Positions 35,582-45,733 of a stretch of 64,000 nt of DNA are shown piece after piece. Under the pieces are notes generated by a model. It was not told the origin of the DNA and did no database searches. It saw nothing but the letters and a program-made list of their open reading frames with translations. A program made the translations under genes and the position numbers. Position 1 is the stretch's first letter; every line of letters begins with the position of its first letter. Source of the DNA: Planctomycetota bacterium (lineage in GTDB: Bacteria; Planctomycetota; UBA8742; UBA2392); NCBI GenBank assembly GCA_019636215.1, contig JAHBXZ010000011.1, forward strand, positions 34,697 through 98,696. The letters are read 5' to 3'.

Positions 35582-37345
35582 ATGTTCCGTTCGATTTTCG
35601 GCCCGGAGCCCAGAGTGCCAGAGCAGCGTGGACCCGCAATTGTTCAAGCCGACCTCTCCATTCTGCTGGAGGTCGACCACCCCGATTACGAGCCCGCCCG
35701 TGACGCGCTGGCCGCGTTTGCGGAACTGGTAAAAAGCCCCGAACACATCCACACCTATCGCATCACGCCCCTGAGCCTGTGGAATGCGGCCGCCAGCGGC
35801 ATCACGGCCGCGCAGGTGCTGGATGCCCTGGAGCGCTACTCGCGTTACGAGGTTCCGTCGCTGGTGCGCAGCGAAGTGCTGGAGTACATCGGGCGCTATG
35901 GCCGGCTGGTGCTGTCCGAACGTGACGGCCGCTATGTCTTGACCAGCAACGACCACCAGCTGCTGGCCATGGTCACGCAGCAGAAGTCCTGCGCCCGGTA
36001 CTTTGACGGCATGCTGGACGACGGCACCGCGGCACTGGCTGCGGGCGCGCGCGGCTGGCTGAAACACGCGCTGATCAAAATCGGCTTTCCGGTCGAGGAT
36101 ATTGCCGGCTACACACCCGGCGCGCCGCTGGACGTACAGTTGCGAACCTCTACACAAGACGGCAAGCCGTTCGGCCTGCGGCGTTACCAGAAACTGGCGG
36201 GCGAGACATTCCATGCCGGCGGGGGTCCGCGCGGCGGGTCGGGCGTTGTGGTGCTGCCCTGCGGCGCGGGCAAAACCGTAGTCGGCATGGCAGCCATGTC
36301 TCTTATCAAGGCCCAGACCCTGATTCTGACGGCCAACGTGGTGGCCGTGCGCCAGTGGATCCGCGAACTGCTGGACAAAACCCACCTGCGCCCCGACCAG
36401 GTGGCGGAGTACACCGGCGACAGCAAGGCCATCGCGCCGGTCACCGTGGCCACCTACCAGATTGTCACTTATCGCAAGCGCAAGAGTGATGAGTTCCCGC
36501 ACTTCGAAATCTTCCGCAAGGGCGACTGGGGCCTGATCATCTACGACGAAGTCCACCTGCTTCCGGCGCCGGTGTTCCGCGCCACGGCCGAGATCCAGTC
36601 TCGGCGCCGCCTGGGCCTGACGGCGACGCTGGTGCGCGAAGATGGCATGGAAGAAGACGTCTTTTCCCTGGTAGGCCCCAAACGTTACGACGTGCCGTGG
36701 CGCGAACTGGAAAAGCAGGGCTGGATCGCCGAGGCCGACTGCACCGAGGTTCGCGTGGACCTGCCGGGCAGCCAGCGCATGCCCTACGCCATGGCCGACC
36801 AGCGCGAGCAATACCGGCTGGCAGCCGAGAACCCCGTCAAGATGGACGTGCTGGAGGCCCTGCTGAAGCTGCATGCGGGCGACCGTGTGCTGGTGATCGC
36901 CCAGTACCTGGACCAGTTGCACGAGATTGAGCGGCGCTTCGGCCTGCCCCTGATTGAGGGCAAGACCCCGACACGCAAGCGCGAGGAGTTGTACGGCAAG
37001 TTCCGCAACGGTGAACTCAAGGCGCTGATTGTCAGCAAGGTCGGTAATTTTGCCATCGACCTGCCCGACGCCAACATCATGGTGCAGTTGTCCGGCACGT
37101 TTGGATCGCGCCAGGAGGAGGCCCAGCGGCTGGGAAGAATCCTGCGCCCCAAGGGCGACGGCACACTTGCCCACTTCTACACGATTGTGACGCGCGAAAC
37201 CCGCGACCAGGACTTCGGCGCCAACCGCCAGCTGTTTCTGGTCGAGCAGGGCTATCGCTATCGCATTGCAGACGCCGCGGAGGTGCTTGAGAACCGCTTT
37301 GAACCAGCACGCATGGCGGCCCTCAAGACGGAGGCCGTGACATGA
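35582..37345 (+). CDS. XPB/Ssl2 (ERCC3)-type superfamily-2 DNA helicase
   Basis: N-terminal damage-recognition-like domain (...IVQADLSILLEVDHP...); Walker A PCGAGKT; DEVH in IIYDEVHLL; hallmark RED motif TLVREDG; motif VI QRLGRILR; 587 aa. Confidence 0.85.
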   Translation: MFRSIFGPEPRVPEQRGPAIVQADLSILLEVDHPDYEPARDALAAFAELVKSPEHIHTYRITPLSLWNAAASGITAAQVLDALERYSRYEVPSLVRSEVLEYIGRYGRLVLSERDGRYVLTSNDHQLLAMVTQQKSCARYFDGMLDDGTAALAAGARGWLKHALIKIGFPVEDIAGYTPGAPLDVQLRTSTQDGKPFGLRRYQKLAGETFHAGGGPRGGSGVVVLPCGAGKTVVGMAAMSLIKAQTLILTANVVAVRQWIRELLDKTHLRPDQVAEYTGDSKAIAPVTVATYQIVTYRKRKSDEFPHFEIFRKGDWGLIIYDEVHLLPAPVFRATAEIQSRRRLGLTATLVREDGMEEDVFSLVGPKRYDVPWRELEKQGWIAEADCTEVRVDLPGSQRMPYAMADQREQYRLAAENPVKMDVLEALLKLHAGDRVLVIAQYLDQLHEIERRFGLPLIEGKTPTRKREELYGKFRNGELKALIVSKVGNFAIDLPDANIMVQLSGTFGSRQEEAQRLGRILRPKGDGTLAHFYTIVTRETRDQDFGANRQLFLVEQGYRYRIADAAEVLENRFEPARMAALKTEAVT

Positions 37346-37539
37346 AGTTCCACCTGCACGTAGGCCTGATTGAAGCCGACACCGAGCAGGCGCTGGAAGA
37401 AGCGCTGGCAATTGCCAGGTGCCGGCAGCGTGTACTTGCGCGACTGGCGCCCAACGTTGCCGTGCTGGAAAAGGGTGACACACAGCTTGTCATCACCGCG
37501 CTTCAGGAACTGGGGATGCACCCCAAGGTGATCAAGTGA
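37342..37539 (+). CDS. 65-aa protein translationally coupled between the XPB helicase and its partner gene
   Basis: ATGA overlap with the XPB stop and GTGA overlap with the downstream start; composition looks coding (MKFHLHVGLIEADTEQALEEALAIARCRQRVLARL...). Confidence 0.45.
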   Translation: MKFHLHVGLIEADTEQALEEALAIARCRQRVLARLAPNVAVLEKGDTQLVITALQELGMHPKVIK

Positions 37540-39248
37540 AGAGCGCCCTCTCCACTGCACGCAAAGGCTATCGCTTTGGCGAACTTGACCTGTTGAGCAT
37601 CGTCGAGACGGTGATGGACCGTCAGCCGCGCGTGCTCAAGAACGGCCTGCCCAACCTGGCTTACTTTCGCGCCGCCAACGCCGTGCTTGCCCAGCCCGAT
37701 GACGAGGCCGAGGGGCACGGCTTCCCACAGGTTGAGTTCTGGCTGACACTGGCCCGCGAGCTTGACCTGGTGCGCGACGAAGGCGACAGGCTGGTCATTT
37801 CGGGCGGGGTAGACGCGTTCTTTCAGCAGCCGTTTGCCCAGCGGCGCGAGAACATCCGGCAGGCATTTCTTGACTCTCACGGGCTGAATGACTTTGCCCT
37901 GGTCAACGAGATTGAACTTCCCGGCCTGAAAAAGGGCGGCACCGTTGACGTCATCACCGACGCCCCGGATGTCGCCGCCCGCATCGCCGCGCGCCGCAAA
38001 GTGCTGGAACTGGCGCTTGCCGCAGGCACCGACACGCGCATGGCGCGGTTCATCCAGCAGGTGCAGCGCGAGGCCCCGAACTTCGTGATTGACCACAGCG
38101 GAGACGGGTCGTGGCGCAAGGTCTACTACCGCGGCATCCGCGAACGCAGCGGCAGGGAAGACGTAGAACGTGACGGCGGCTGGGATCGGGTGGAGGGCGC
38201 GTACATGCGCTGGTTGATCGCCCTGCCTTTCACGCGGCTGGGCTGGGTCGACTTTGATCCTGCCCGGGGCAGCTTTGAAGTTCTGGACGACAATGAACCC
38301 GAGCCCGCATTTGAGATCATCATCCAGCCCAACTTCGAAGTGCTGGCACTGGGCGACCGCCTGGATGCGGGCCAGCTGTGGCAGGTGGCGCGATTCTGCC
38401 GGCCCGCGCTGGAGGGCCGCGTCCGCAAGTACTTGCTGGAGAAAAAGGCGTTCACGGATGCCCTGGGCCGCGGCCTCAGTGCGGCATCCATGGTTGCACT
38501 GCTGGCCGAGCTTTCGCGCAAGCCACTGCCCCAGAATGTGCGCTATTCCCTCGACGAGTGGGGCGCCAGCTCTGAACGCATGAAGATCTGGCCTGACGCA
38601 CTGGTGGTAGAAGCCGAAGGTGTGGAAGACCTGGGCGCGCTGCTGACCACGGCCATGCGCGAAAAGCTTGGCCTGGTGGCAGTGGCCGGCGGGCATTTTG
38701 CGGCACCCGCGCCAGGGCCGGCCGCGCTGCGCGAACACATGCCGCCACGCCGGGCGGTGCTGGATTATTCTCGGCGGCTGCCGGCCGTGATTACGCCCCA
38801 GCCGGGCCTTCGCCTGCAGGCACCGTCCGAGATACTGCACCTGCGCGCGCGACAGTTGCTGGAGCTGGTGGCCCGGCGCCAAAGCACGGATTTCTGGCAG
38901 CTTGACCCCGCACTGGCCCGCGATGCCGCCCTGGCGTTCGGCCCCGATGAAATGCGCCGGCGCATCGAAGAAGCGCTGACCCGCCCGCTTGACCCTGCCC
39001 ACGCGCTGGCCCTGCGCGGCTGGAGCGGCGAGTTTGAGCCCGCGTTTGCGGGCAACGCCGAAGTGTTCCTGTGCGACAGCGAGGCACAATCCGAACTTCT
39101 GGAAATGCTGCCGGACTTTTCGGCATGGCTGGATCGCAAACTCGGCCGGGGCGCCTACCTGCTGCGGCCGGGCGGCGCGGCAACGTTGCGCAAACTGCTG
39201 GAAAGTTACGGCATCAAGTTGCGCGATCACAACCGCCGGAGCTCCTGA
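37536..39248 (+). CDS. XPB-associated 570-aa protein of unknown function (operon partner)
   Basis: GTG start overlapping the upstream stop. Balanced amino-acid composition, unlike the Arg/Ala/Gly-rich antisense ORF 37503..39230. No recognisable catalytic motif. Confidence 0.65.
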   Translation: MKSALSTARKGYRFGELDLLSIVETVMDRQPRVLKNGLPNLAYFRAANAVLAQPDDEAEGHGFPQVEFWLTLARELDLVRDEGDRLVISGGVDAFFQQPFAQRRENIRQAFLDSHGLNDFALVNEIELPGLKKGGTVDVITDAPDVAARIAARRKVLELALAAGTDTRMARFIQQVQREAPNFVIDHSGDGSWRKVYYRGIRERSGREDVERDGGWDRVEGAYMRWLIALPFTRLGWVDFDPARGSFEVLDDNEPEPAFEIIIQPNFEVLALGDRLDAGQLWQVARFCRPALEGRVRKYLLEKKAFTDALGRGLSAASMVALLAELSRKPLPQNVRYSLDEWGASSERMKIWPDALVVEAEGVEDLGALLTTAMREKLGLVAVAGGHFAAPAPGPAALREHMPPRRAVLDYSRRLPAVITPQPGLRLQAPSEILHLRARQLLELVARRQSTDFWQLDPALARDAALAFGPDEMRRRIEEALTRPLDPAHALALRGWSGEFEPAFAGNAEVFLCDSEAQSELLEMLPDFSAWLDRKLGRGAYLLRPGGAATLRKLLESYGIKLRDHNRRSS

Positions 39249-39254
39249 GCCAAA

Positions 39255-40730
39255 ATGCGATCAACCATGAACCATGAACCAGCGTCCAACAGCAGCGTAC
39301 AGGCCCGTCCGGCGCTGCCGTGGTTCGGGGCTCAGGGCGGATTGCTCGTTCTGCTGTTCTCGCTGCTTTTCCTGGCGGGCTGCACGATGCCGCAGGAAGA
39401 ACCGCTGCCCGACGGCGTCACGGACCAGCGGGCTGACCTGGTCGAACGCATCAAGGACAACCCCACGGATCTTGATGCCCACGCCGACCTGCTGCGCATG
39501 CAGATCAAATCGGGTGACCGGGTTGGTGCCGAGGCCACCGTCGCCCACGCGCTGAAGAACAACAGCCGCGATTTCCGATCGCACCTGCTGGAGGCCCAGT
39601 ACCACCGCTGGCAGCTTGACCTGATCACGACAGAAAAGTCCCTGCTGCGCGCGCGCACCCTGGCGCCCGACCGACTGGAGCCCTGCGTGGCCCTGGCCGG
39701 GCTGTACAACCAGGCCTATCTTGATGCCGAGGAACTCCAGTTGCGCCGGGTAGCCCTGGAACTCGCCACGCCGGAGCTGCGGCCAGAATTCCTGCTTGAT
39801 CTGGCCTATTGCCTGTGGCAGCAGCGCCAGGGCGCCGAGGCCTCCACCATTGCCGCGGCACTCGCCGCGGACAAGGCCATCCCGCCGGGCCTGCGCGCCC
39901 GAAGCCTGTTGCTGCAGTGCGAGCTTGCGCTCAACGGTGATGCCAAAGCGGCGGGGGAACACCTCAGCGCGGCTTTTGCCCTTACGCCGGAAGACCCCGC
40001 CGTGCTGCAGTTTGCGGCCCGGGCCGTGGTGGTGATGGCTGACCCGGGGCCGCTGCGTGCGATGTTTGACCAGACCCTGGCGGGCAAGGATCGCGCCGAA
40101 CTGCGCTGGACCGCGCTGTTCGGCATCTGGATGTTGGAACTCTGCCGCTGCGGGCAATCTGCTGCCAACCCACTGGCCGACGAAGTGGACGGCTGGCGCA
40201 AGCGACTGGAAGCCATGGAACCCGGCCACCCCGATGTTTCCGGCCGCTACTATCAGTTGCTGCGCCTGGACCCCCAGCGCGCCGACGAGGCAAAGAGCCT
40301 TGGCACCCAACTGGAAGAATACGGCATGGGTGTGCCCCCGGCGCCCACGAACCTGGCCGCGCTGCTTCTGCTGTGGCGGCTGGAGGACTCGCTGCGAGTC
40401 GGGGCCTTTGACCGCGCCCTTGTCGACGTTGCCGAACTTCGCAAACGCGAGGGCAACCTGGAAGGCACCCGCATGCTGGGGTTGATGGCACGCTTCAAGG
40501 CCCGGCAGGACGACATTTGCCTGGCCGAGATTGACGCCTGGCTGGCCGAAAACGAAAAGGCCGACGACATTCTGCTTTCGCTGCGCTGGTGGATTCTGCT
40601 GCGCCAGGCAAAGCCGCTGGACGTCCTGACCGACATCCAGAAACGCGGCGGCGAGAACAACAGCCGCCAATGGCTGGAGGCCGTGGCCAAGTTCCACACC
40701 TACCGCGCCGCGGCCCGCAAAGGCGAGTAG
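39255..40730 (+). CDS. TPR-repeat lipoprotein
   Basis: Signal plus lipobox LLFLAGCTMP, then helical TPR-like repeats throughout. Confidence 0.65.
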   Translation: MRSTMNHEPASNSSVQARPALPWFGAQGGLLVLLFSLLFLAGCTMPQEEPLPDGVTDQRADLVERIKDNPTDLDAHADLLRMQIKSGDRVGAEATVAHALKNNSRDFRSHLLEAQYHRWQLDLITTEKSLLRARTLAPDRLEPCVALAGLYNQAYLDAEELQLRRVALELATPELRPEFLLDLAYCLWQQRQGAEASTIAAALAADKAIPPGLRARSLLLQCELALNGDAKAAGEHLSAAFALTPEDPAVLQFAARAVVVMADPGPLRAMFDQTLAGKDRAELRWTALFGIWMLELCRCGQSAANPLADEVDGWRKRLEAMEPGHPDVSGRYYQLLRLDPQRADEAKSLGTQLEEYGMGVPPAPTNLAALLLLWRLEDSLRVGAFDRALVDVAELRKREGNLEGTRMLGLMARFKARQDDICLAEIDAWLAENEKADDILLSLRWWILLRQAKPLDVLTDIQKRGGENNSRQWLEAVAKFHTYRAAARKGE

Positions 40731-40737
40731 CCGCGGC

Positions 40738-41220
40738 TCAACCGGACTTCAGCACGGACCGGTCAAAGGCATCGGGATAGTGTTCCGCGCGCTTGGGCTC
40801 GCCGCTTTCGTCCAGATACACTCCGACCACATCAAATCGCAGCACGTCGTGATAGCCCTTGCGGCGCAGGATGCGCCGGGCGGTTTCTACGACCTGGCGC
40901 TGCTTGCGGATGTCCACGGCCTCGCGCGGGGTGATCAGGCCGCCTTCTTTGCGGGAACGCACCTCGACGACAACAAGGCCTTCGTTGCCGCGGATGCGGC
41001 CCACGATGTCGAGTTCGCCGTCTTCGTCCTGCACGTTGCGCTCCACCACACGAAAGCGGCACTGCTGCTTGAGGAACGCCACAGCGAAATCTTCGGCCTT
41101 GTCGCCCACGGCGCGGGTGCGCGAACGCCCGCGCGCCGCCTTGTCGCGCGGACGCAACTGGTCAAACACGGCGGCGATGAGTTCGAAGAAGAACATTGCA
41201 GTGATGATAGCCCTCATCAA
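40738..41220 (-). CDS. yraN: YraN-family (UPF0102) predicted endonuclease
   Basis: Core ...AEDFAVAFLKQQCRFRVVERNVQDEDGELDIVG...LVVVEVRSRK matches the YraN family. The true start is probably internal (non-ATG), because the annotated N-terminus is an implausible hydrophobic stretch. Confidence 0.6.
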   Translation of the reverse strand: MMRAIITAMFFFELIAAVFDQLRPRDKAARGRSRTRAVGDKAEDFAVAFLKQQCRFRVVERNVQDEDGELDIVGRIRGNEGLVVVEVRSRKEGGLITPREAVDIRKQRQVVETARRILRRKGYHDVLRFDVVGVYLDESGEPKRAEHYPDAFDRSVLKSG

Positions 41221-41270
41221 CGCAAAAGCCCGCCGTTCTCACGGCGGGCTTTTTGGGTTGCGTTGGGTGG

Positions 41271-41726
41271 CTACTTCTTTTCTTCGGCCTTGGGTTCGGC
41301 TTTGGCTTCTGCCTTCGCCTCGGCGGGCTTGGCGGCCTTGATGCTGCGGTGCTCGTCGGTCTTGCCCAGGTAATCGGCGTTGACGCGCTCCTTGATGCGG
41401 GTGGCCTTGCCCACGCGGTCGCGCAGGAAGTACAGCTTGGCGCGGCGGGTCACGCCGGGGCGCTTGACCTCAATCTTGGCCACGTTGGGGCTGTGCAGCG
41501 GGAAAATGCGTTCGACGCCTTCGCTTTCCACGATACGGCGCACCGTGAAGGTTTCGCGCAAACCGCCGCCCTTGCGGGCGATGCAGATGCCCGAAAAGAT
41601 CTGGATGCGTTCTTTTTCGCCTTCCTTGATGCGGACGTGCACGTCCAGCGAGTCACCGACACGGAAAACCGGAATGTCGGTCTTCTTGAGCTGCTCGCGT
41701 TCGATATCGTATGCAAAACCACTCAT
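41271..41726 (-). CDS. rplS: 50S ribosomal protein L19 with Lys/Ala/Glu-rich C-terminal tail
   Basis: Start [25 protein letters not shown] (GGAGAAG SD); tail [21 protein letters not shown]. Confidence 0.9.
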   Translation of the reverse strand: MSGFAYDIEREQLKKTDIPVFRVGDSLDVHVRIKEGEKERIQIFSGICIARKGGGLRETFTVRRIVESEGVERIFPLHSPNVAKIEVKRPGVTRRAKLYFLRDRVGKATRIKERVNADYLGKTDEHRSIKAAKPAEAKAEAKAEPKAEEKK

Positions 41727-41761
41727 GGCTCTTCTCCGTTCGGGCGGCGCAAGCGTCGCCC

Positions 41762-42457
41762 CTACAACAAATCCGGCCTGCGTTGCTTCGTTCTCTGTCT
41801 TGCCTGCTCCAGGCGCCACTTCGCGATCTCCGCGTGGTGGCCGCTCTGAAGCACATCGGGCACTTTCATGCCCTCAAACTCTTCGGGCCGCGTGTACTGC
41901 GGGTACTCCAGCAGCCTTCCGTGCGCGCCCAGGTTGAAGCTGTCTTCCTCGGCGCTGTCGTCCTTGCCCAGCACCCCCGGCAGCAGCCTGACCACGGCAT
42001 CGGTGATCACCAGCGCGCCTAGTTCGCCGCCAGAAAGCACATAGTCGCCGATGCTGATTTCGTCCCAGCCAAACCCCTGCCGGATACGTTCATCAAACCC
42101 CTCATAGCGCCCGCACAGCATCAACAGCCGCTGCTTGCCCGAAAGCTCGATCGCCGCCTGCTGGTCAAAGCGACGGCCTTGCGGTGTCAGCATTACCAGG
42201 TGCGCCGGCCGCGTGTCCTGTGCCAGCACGTGGCGCACGCAGGCGAAGATCGGCTCGGGCTTGAGCACCATGCCTGCCCCACCCCCGTAAGGCCGGTCGT
42301 CCACACTCTGGTGGACGCCCTTGGCAAAATCACGGAAGTTGGCCAGGTGGTACTCAACCACTCCCTTTTCCCGGGCAATGCGCGGGATGCTTTCGTTCAG
42401 CACCGCGGCAACCAGCCCTGGAAAGAGGGTAAGGATGTCAATCCGCAGCTTGTTCAT
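41762..42457 (-). CDS. trmD: tRNA (guanine37-N1)-methyltransferase
   Basis: [14 protein letters not shown]...; SPOUT fold with the AdoMet-binding loop; the start may instead be 42469. Confidence 0.9.
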   Translation of the reverse strand: MNKLRIDILTLFPGLVAAVLNESIPRIAREKGVVEYHLANFRDFAKGVHQSVDDRPYGGGAGMVLKPEPIFACVRHVLAQDTRPAHLVMLTPQGRRFDQQAAIELSGKQRLLMLCGRYEGFDERIRQGFGWDEISIGDYVLSGGELGALVITDAVVRLLPGVLGKDDSAEEDSFNLGAHGRLLEYPQYTRPEEFEGMKVPDVLQSGHHAEIAKWRLEQARQRTKQRRPDLL

Positions 42458-42477
42458 CTGCGGCCCCAAATCCTCTG

Positions 42478-42975
42478 CTACTCAACCACCTGCGTGTAGG
42501 TCTTGCCCTCTGCGCTGCGGCTTTCCACCAGCTCCAGCAGGCACTGGCTGGCGTTGTCGCCCACGCGGCGGCGGGCCAGCTTGATGATACGGGTGTAACC
42601 GCCGTTGCGTTCCTTCTTGTCGCCCTTGGAGGCATGGCGCGGGCCGATATCCTTGAACAGCTTCTGCAGTGTGGTGCTGGCGATCACGCGCACCTTCTTG
42701 ACCGCTTCCTTGCCCTCGCCGGTTGTCTCGGTGACCGTCACCTTGTTCTGCAACTCGCGGTTGCCGATCAGGGACTGCACCCGGCGCAGGTTGGTCAGGT
42801 TGTCCTTCTTGGCCAGGTTGATCACGCGCTCAGCAAGCGGCTGAAACTGCTTGGCCTTTTCAACGGTGGTGACAATGCGTTCGTGGTCAATCAATGCCTT
42901 GACCATGTTCCTGCCCAGCGCCTTGCGGTGGGAAGGAGAAACGCCGAGTTTGCGGCCGCGGACTCTGTGACGCAT
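42478..42975 (-). CDS. rplQ: 50S ribosomal protein L17
   Basis: [20 protein letters not shown]... Confidence 0.92.
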   Translation of the reverse strand: MRHRVRGRKLGVSPSHRKALGRNMVKALIDHERIVTTVEKAKQFQPLAERVINLAKKDNLTNLRRVQSLIGNRELQNKVTVTETTGEGKEAVKKVRVIASTTLQKLFKDIGPRHASKGDKKERNGGYTRIIKLARRRVGDNASQCLLELVESRSAEGKTYTQVVE

Positions 42976-43023
42976 GACGATCTTCCTTGTTCATCCTCCG
43001 GCCTTGCGGCCGGGACTGTTTGC

Positions 43024-44067
43024 CTAGCCCTGTGAACCGGCACCTGCCAGCGATTCCACGCCGGGGCTGATGCCGTAATCAGACAGGCTGACGCCGAAGC
43101 GAAGGCCCATGTCTTCGATCTTCTTCTTGATTTCCTTCAGCGTGGTCTTACCGAGGTTGCGGATTTCCAGCAGGTCGTCCTCGCTGCGGCTGACCAGGTC
43201 ACCAATGGTGTTGATGCGCTCGGCGCGCATGCAGTTGTTGGCACGCACGTTCAGGTCAAGCTCGGTGATCGGGCGCATCAGCAGCTGGCGGGTGCGCTCA
43301 AGCTCGTCGCTCTTGCGGCCGGATTCGCCGACCTTGGCACCTTCGGCGACCAGCTGGTCCTTGAGTTCGTAGTACTGCACGAACGGGTTGAGGTGCTTGC
43401 GCATGATCTTAGCGCTCTCAACCAGGCAGAACTCGGGGTCCTTGGTGCCGTCGGTCCAGATTTCCAGGATCAGGCGGTCGTAGTTGGTCAGCTTGCCCAC
43501 GCGGGTGTATTCGGTCTTGTACCGTACGCGGGTGACGGGGCTGAAGTTGGCATCCAGCCATATCACGCCAAGGTCCGATGTGCCCTGGCTGAGTTCCTCG
43601 GCGGTCTGGTAACCGCGGCCACGCTTGACGGTGACTTCAATGTCGAGTTCCTGGGCAGCTGTCAGTGTGCACAGCACCAGTTCGGGGTTGATGACTTCGC
43701 ACTCGGCATCGGCGGCAAAATCTGCGGCCGTGACCTGGCCCTTGCGGCTGACCTTCAGGCGCAACACGCGGGGCTGGTCGGTGCTGAGCACGACCTGAAG
43801 CTTCTTGACGGCCATGACGATGTGCGGCACGTCTTCGAGCACGCCCTTGGGGCTTTCAAACTCGTGGCTGACACCCTTGATGCGCAGGCTGACCGGCGAA
43901 GTGCCTTCCAGGCTGGACAGCAGAATGCGGCGCAGGCTGTTGCCAATGGTGGTACCGAAGCCGCGTTCAAACGGCTCGACAATGAACTTGCCGTAGCTCT
44001 GGGTCTGGGTCTCGCGCTCGCAGATCAGTCGGTTGGGAAGCTCCAGCCCACGCCAGCGGATTCTCAT
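43024..44067 (-). CDS. rpoA: DNA-directed RNA polymerase alpha subunit
   Basis: Start MRIRWRGLELPNRL (GAGGAG SD); ...FIVEPFERGFGTTIGNSLRRILLSSLEG; C-terminal domain conserved. Confidence 0.92.
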   Translation of the reverse strand: MRIRWRGLELPNRLICERETQTQSYGKFIVEPFERGFGTTIGNSLRRILLSSLEGTSPVSLRIKGVSHEFESPKGVLEDVPHIVMAVKKLQVVLSTDQPRVLRLKVSRKGQVTAADFAADAECEVINPELVLCTLTAAQELDIEVTVKRGRGYQTAEELSQGTSDLGVIWLDANFSPVTRVRYKTEYTRVGKLTNYDRLILEIWTDGTKDPEFCLVESAKIMRKHLNPFVQYYELKDQLVAEGAKVGESGRKSDELERTRQLLMRPITELDLNVRANNCMRAERINTIGDLVSRSEDDLLEIRNLGKTTLKEIKKKIEDMGLRFGVSLSDYGISPGVESLAGAGSQG

Positions 44068-44177
44068 GCCCTGTCTCCTCAATTCGGGCGCAGGTCCTGC
44101 CTGCACCGCGAGAGCCAATGTCCTGGTGTCCGGTCCCTGCCGGCCTTGCCGCGCACGCGGCAAAACCGCCTCACCCG

Positions 44178-44609
44178 CTATACGCGGCGCTTCTTCTTGG
44201 GGCGGCAGCCGTTGTGCGGCAGCGGCGTCACGTCTTCAATCGACTTGACTTCAATACCGCGGCCCTGCATGGCGCGCACGGCACTTTCACGCCCGGCGCC
44301 AGGCCCCTGCACGCGAACTTCCACTTCGCGCACGCCCATCTTCTTGACCTTTTCGGCCACATTTTCGCCGGCGCGCTGGGCGGCAAAGGGTGTGCCCTTG
44401 CGGGAACCCTTGAAGCCCATGCTGCCGCTGCTGTCCCAGGCGATCGTGTCGCCGTTAAGATCCGTCACGGTCACGATCGTGTTGTTGAACGTGCTTTTGA
44501 CGTGAACGATCGCGCGCGGAACGTTGCGCTTGATCTTCTTGGCCTTCTTTTCCTTGGCGCCGGTGGCCGCGCCCTGCCCACCCTGCGGACTGCCTTCTGC
44601 CTTTGCCAT
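44178..44609 (-). CDS. rpsK: 30S ribosomal protein S11
   Basis: [24 protein letters not shown]... Confidence 0.92.
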   Translation of the reverse strand: MAKAEGSPQGGQGAATGAKEKKAKKIKRNVPRAIVHVKSTFNNTIVTVTDLNGDTIAWDSSGSMGFKGSRKGTPFAAQRAGENVAEKVKKMGVREVEVRVQGPGAGRESAVRAMQGRGIEVKSIEDVTPLPHNGCRPKKKRRV

Positions 44610-44713
44610 CTCGATTCCTCCGCGGGCTCAACCCTCTCGATCCCTTTCGGGCCTCAAGGTCCCCCGCATAAACGGCGACACGGGGCGAACGCCCCGGCCG
44701 CAAAAGTTCAAAG

Positions 44714-45091
44714 TTACTTGGTGACCTTCTTCTTGCCGGCGATGGTCTTCTTCGGCCCCTTGCGCGTACGCGCGTTGGTGCGTGTGCGCTGGCCGCGGAC
44801 CGGCAGGTTCACCTTATGGCGAACGCCACGGTAGCACTTGATATCGCGCAGACGGTTTACGTTCTGGGTGCGCTGCCGGCGCAGGTTACCCTCAACCACG
44901 AAGTTCTTTTCGATGAACGCCGCGATGCGGGTCAACTCTTCTTCCGTCAGCGTGTGAGCCTTGCGGGAGATGTCGAGGTTGAGCCCTTCGCACACTTTTG
45001 CGGCAACCGACGGGCCGACGCCGTAAATGGCGCGGAACGAATAGCCCAGCTGCTTGTTTGCCGGAATATCTACACCCAGAAGACGCGGCAT
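44714..45091 (-). CDS. rpsM: 30S ribosomal protein S13
   Basis: MPRLLGVDIPANKQLGYSFRAIYGVG... Confidence 0.92.
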   Translation of the reverse strand: MPRLLGVDIPANKQLGYSFRAIYGVGPSVAAKVCEGLNLDISRKAHTLTEEELTRIAAFIEKNFVVEGNLRRQRTQNVNRLRDIKCYRGVRHKVNLPVRGQRTRTNARTRKGPKKTIAGKKKVTK

Positions 45092-45162
45092 TTCTCTTGC
45101 TCCTGTGCCGGGCTCAACGGCCTGAGCCTACCCCGGCGTTGCTGTGGAATGACCTTCCAGGC

Positions 45163-45279
45163 TTAGCCCTGGCGCTGCTTGTGACGGGCATTCTTGCTGC
45201 AGATAACGCGCACAACGCCCTTGCGCCGGATGATCTTGCACCCGTCGCAGACTCGCTTGACTGAGGACTTCACCTTCAT
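45163..45279 (-). CDS. rpmJ: 50S ribosomal protein L36 (not in the ORF track because it is under 60 aa)
   Basis: Minus-strand translation [38 protein letters not shown], a zinc-ribbon L36. Confidence 0.9.
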   Translation of the reverse strand: MKVKSSVKRVCDGCKIIRRKGVVRVICSKNARHKQRQG

Positions 45280-45296
45280 GGCGACTCTCGATTCCG

Positions 45297-45515
45297 CTAG
45301 TTGCGGTACACGATGCGACCCTTTTCCAGGTCGTAAGGGCTCAACTCAACGACTACGGTGTCGCGGGGAAGGATCTTGATGTAGTTCTTGCGCATCTTGC
45401 CCGAGATGGTGCACAACACGACGTGCCCGTTATCGTTCAATTGCACGCGGAACATGGCGTTAGGCAGAGACTCGACAACCACGCCTTCCACCCTGATCGC
45501 TTCGTCCTTCGACAT
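45297..45515 (-). CDS. infA: Translation initiation factor IF-1
   Basis: [72 protein letters not shown]; GGAGG SD. Confidence 0.92.
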   Translation of the reverse strand: MSKDEAIRVEGVVVESLPNAMFRVQLNDNGHVVLCTISGKMRKNYIKILPRDTVVVELSPYDLEKGRIVYRN

Positions 45516-45733
45516 AATCCTCCAACAGCGGGACCATTCCCGCACCATCAACCAGCACTTCTTGCCCGCCGTAAGCCCCCTGCAATACTTGACTTATGCA
45601 CACGGGCCGAACCGGGCAGGCTACTCCCGGAATCAGGGCGCGGCACGGTAGCACGGGTCTGAGTGCCTTTCAAGCGCCAGTCTTCATTTTTTGTGCTTTT
45701 GACTTGCGCACCACGGCTACCAACGTTCCACCC

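Noticed and set aside
35411-40697. Minus-strand ORFs (690, 575 and 478 aa) antisense to XPB, its partner and the TPR lipoprotein
   Set aside because: No helicase or other motifs; the plus-strand genes carry Walker A/DEVH/RED motifs and a lipobox.
45516-45733. Possible degenerate map (methionine aminopeptidase) gene in the adk–infA gap
   Set aside because: 218 nt is far too short, and no ORF with MetAP motifs occurs in any frame.
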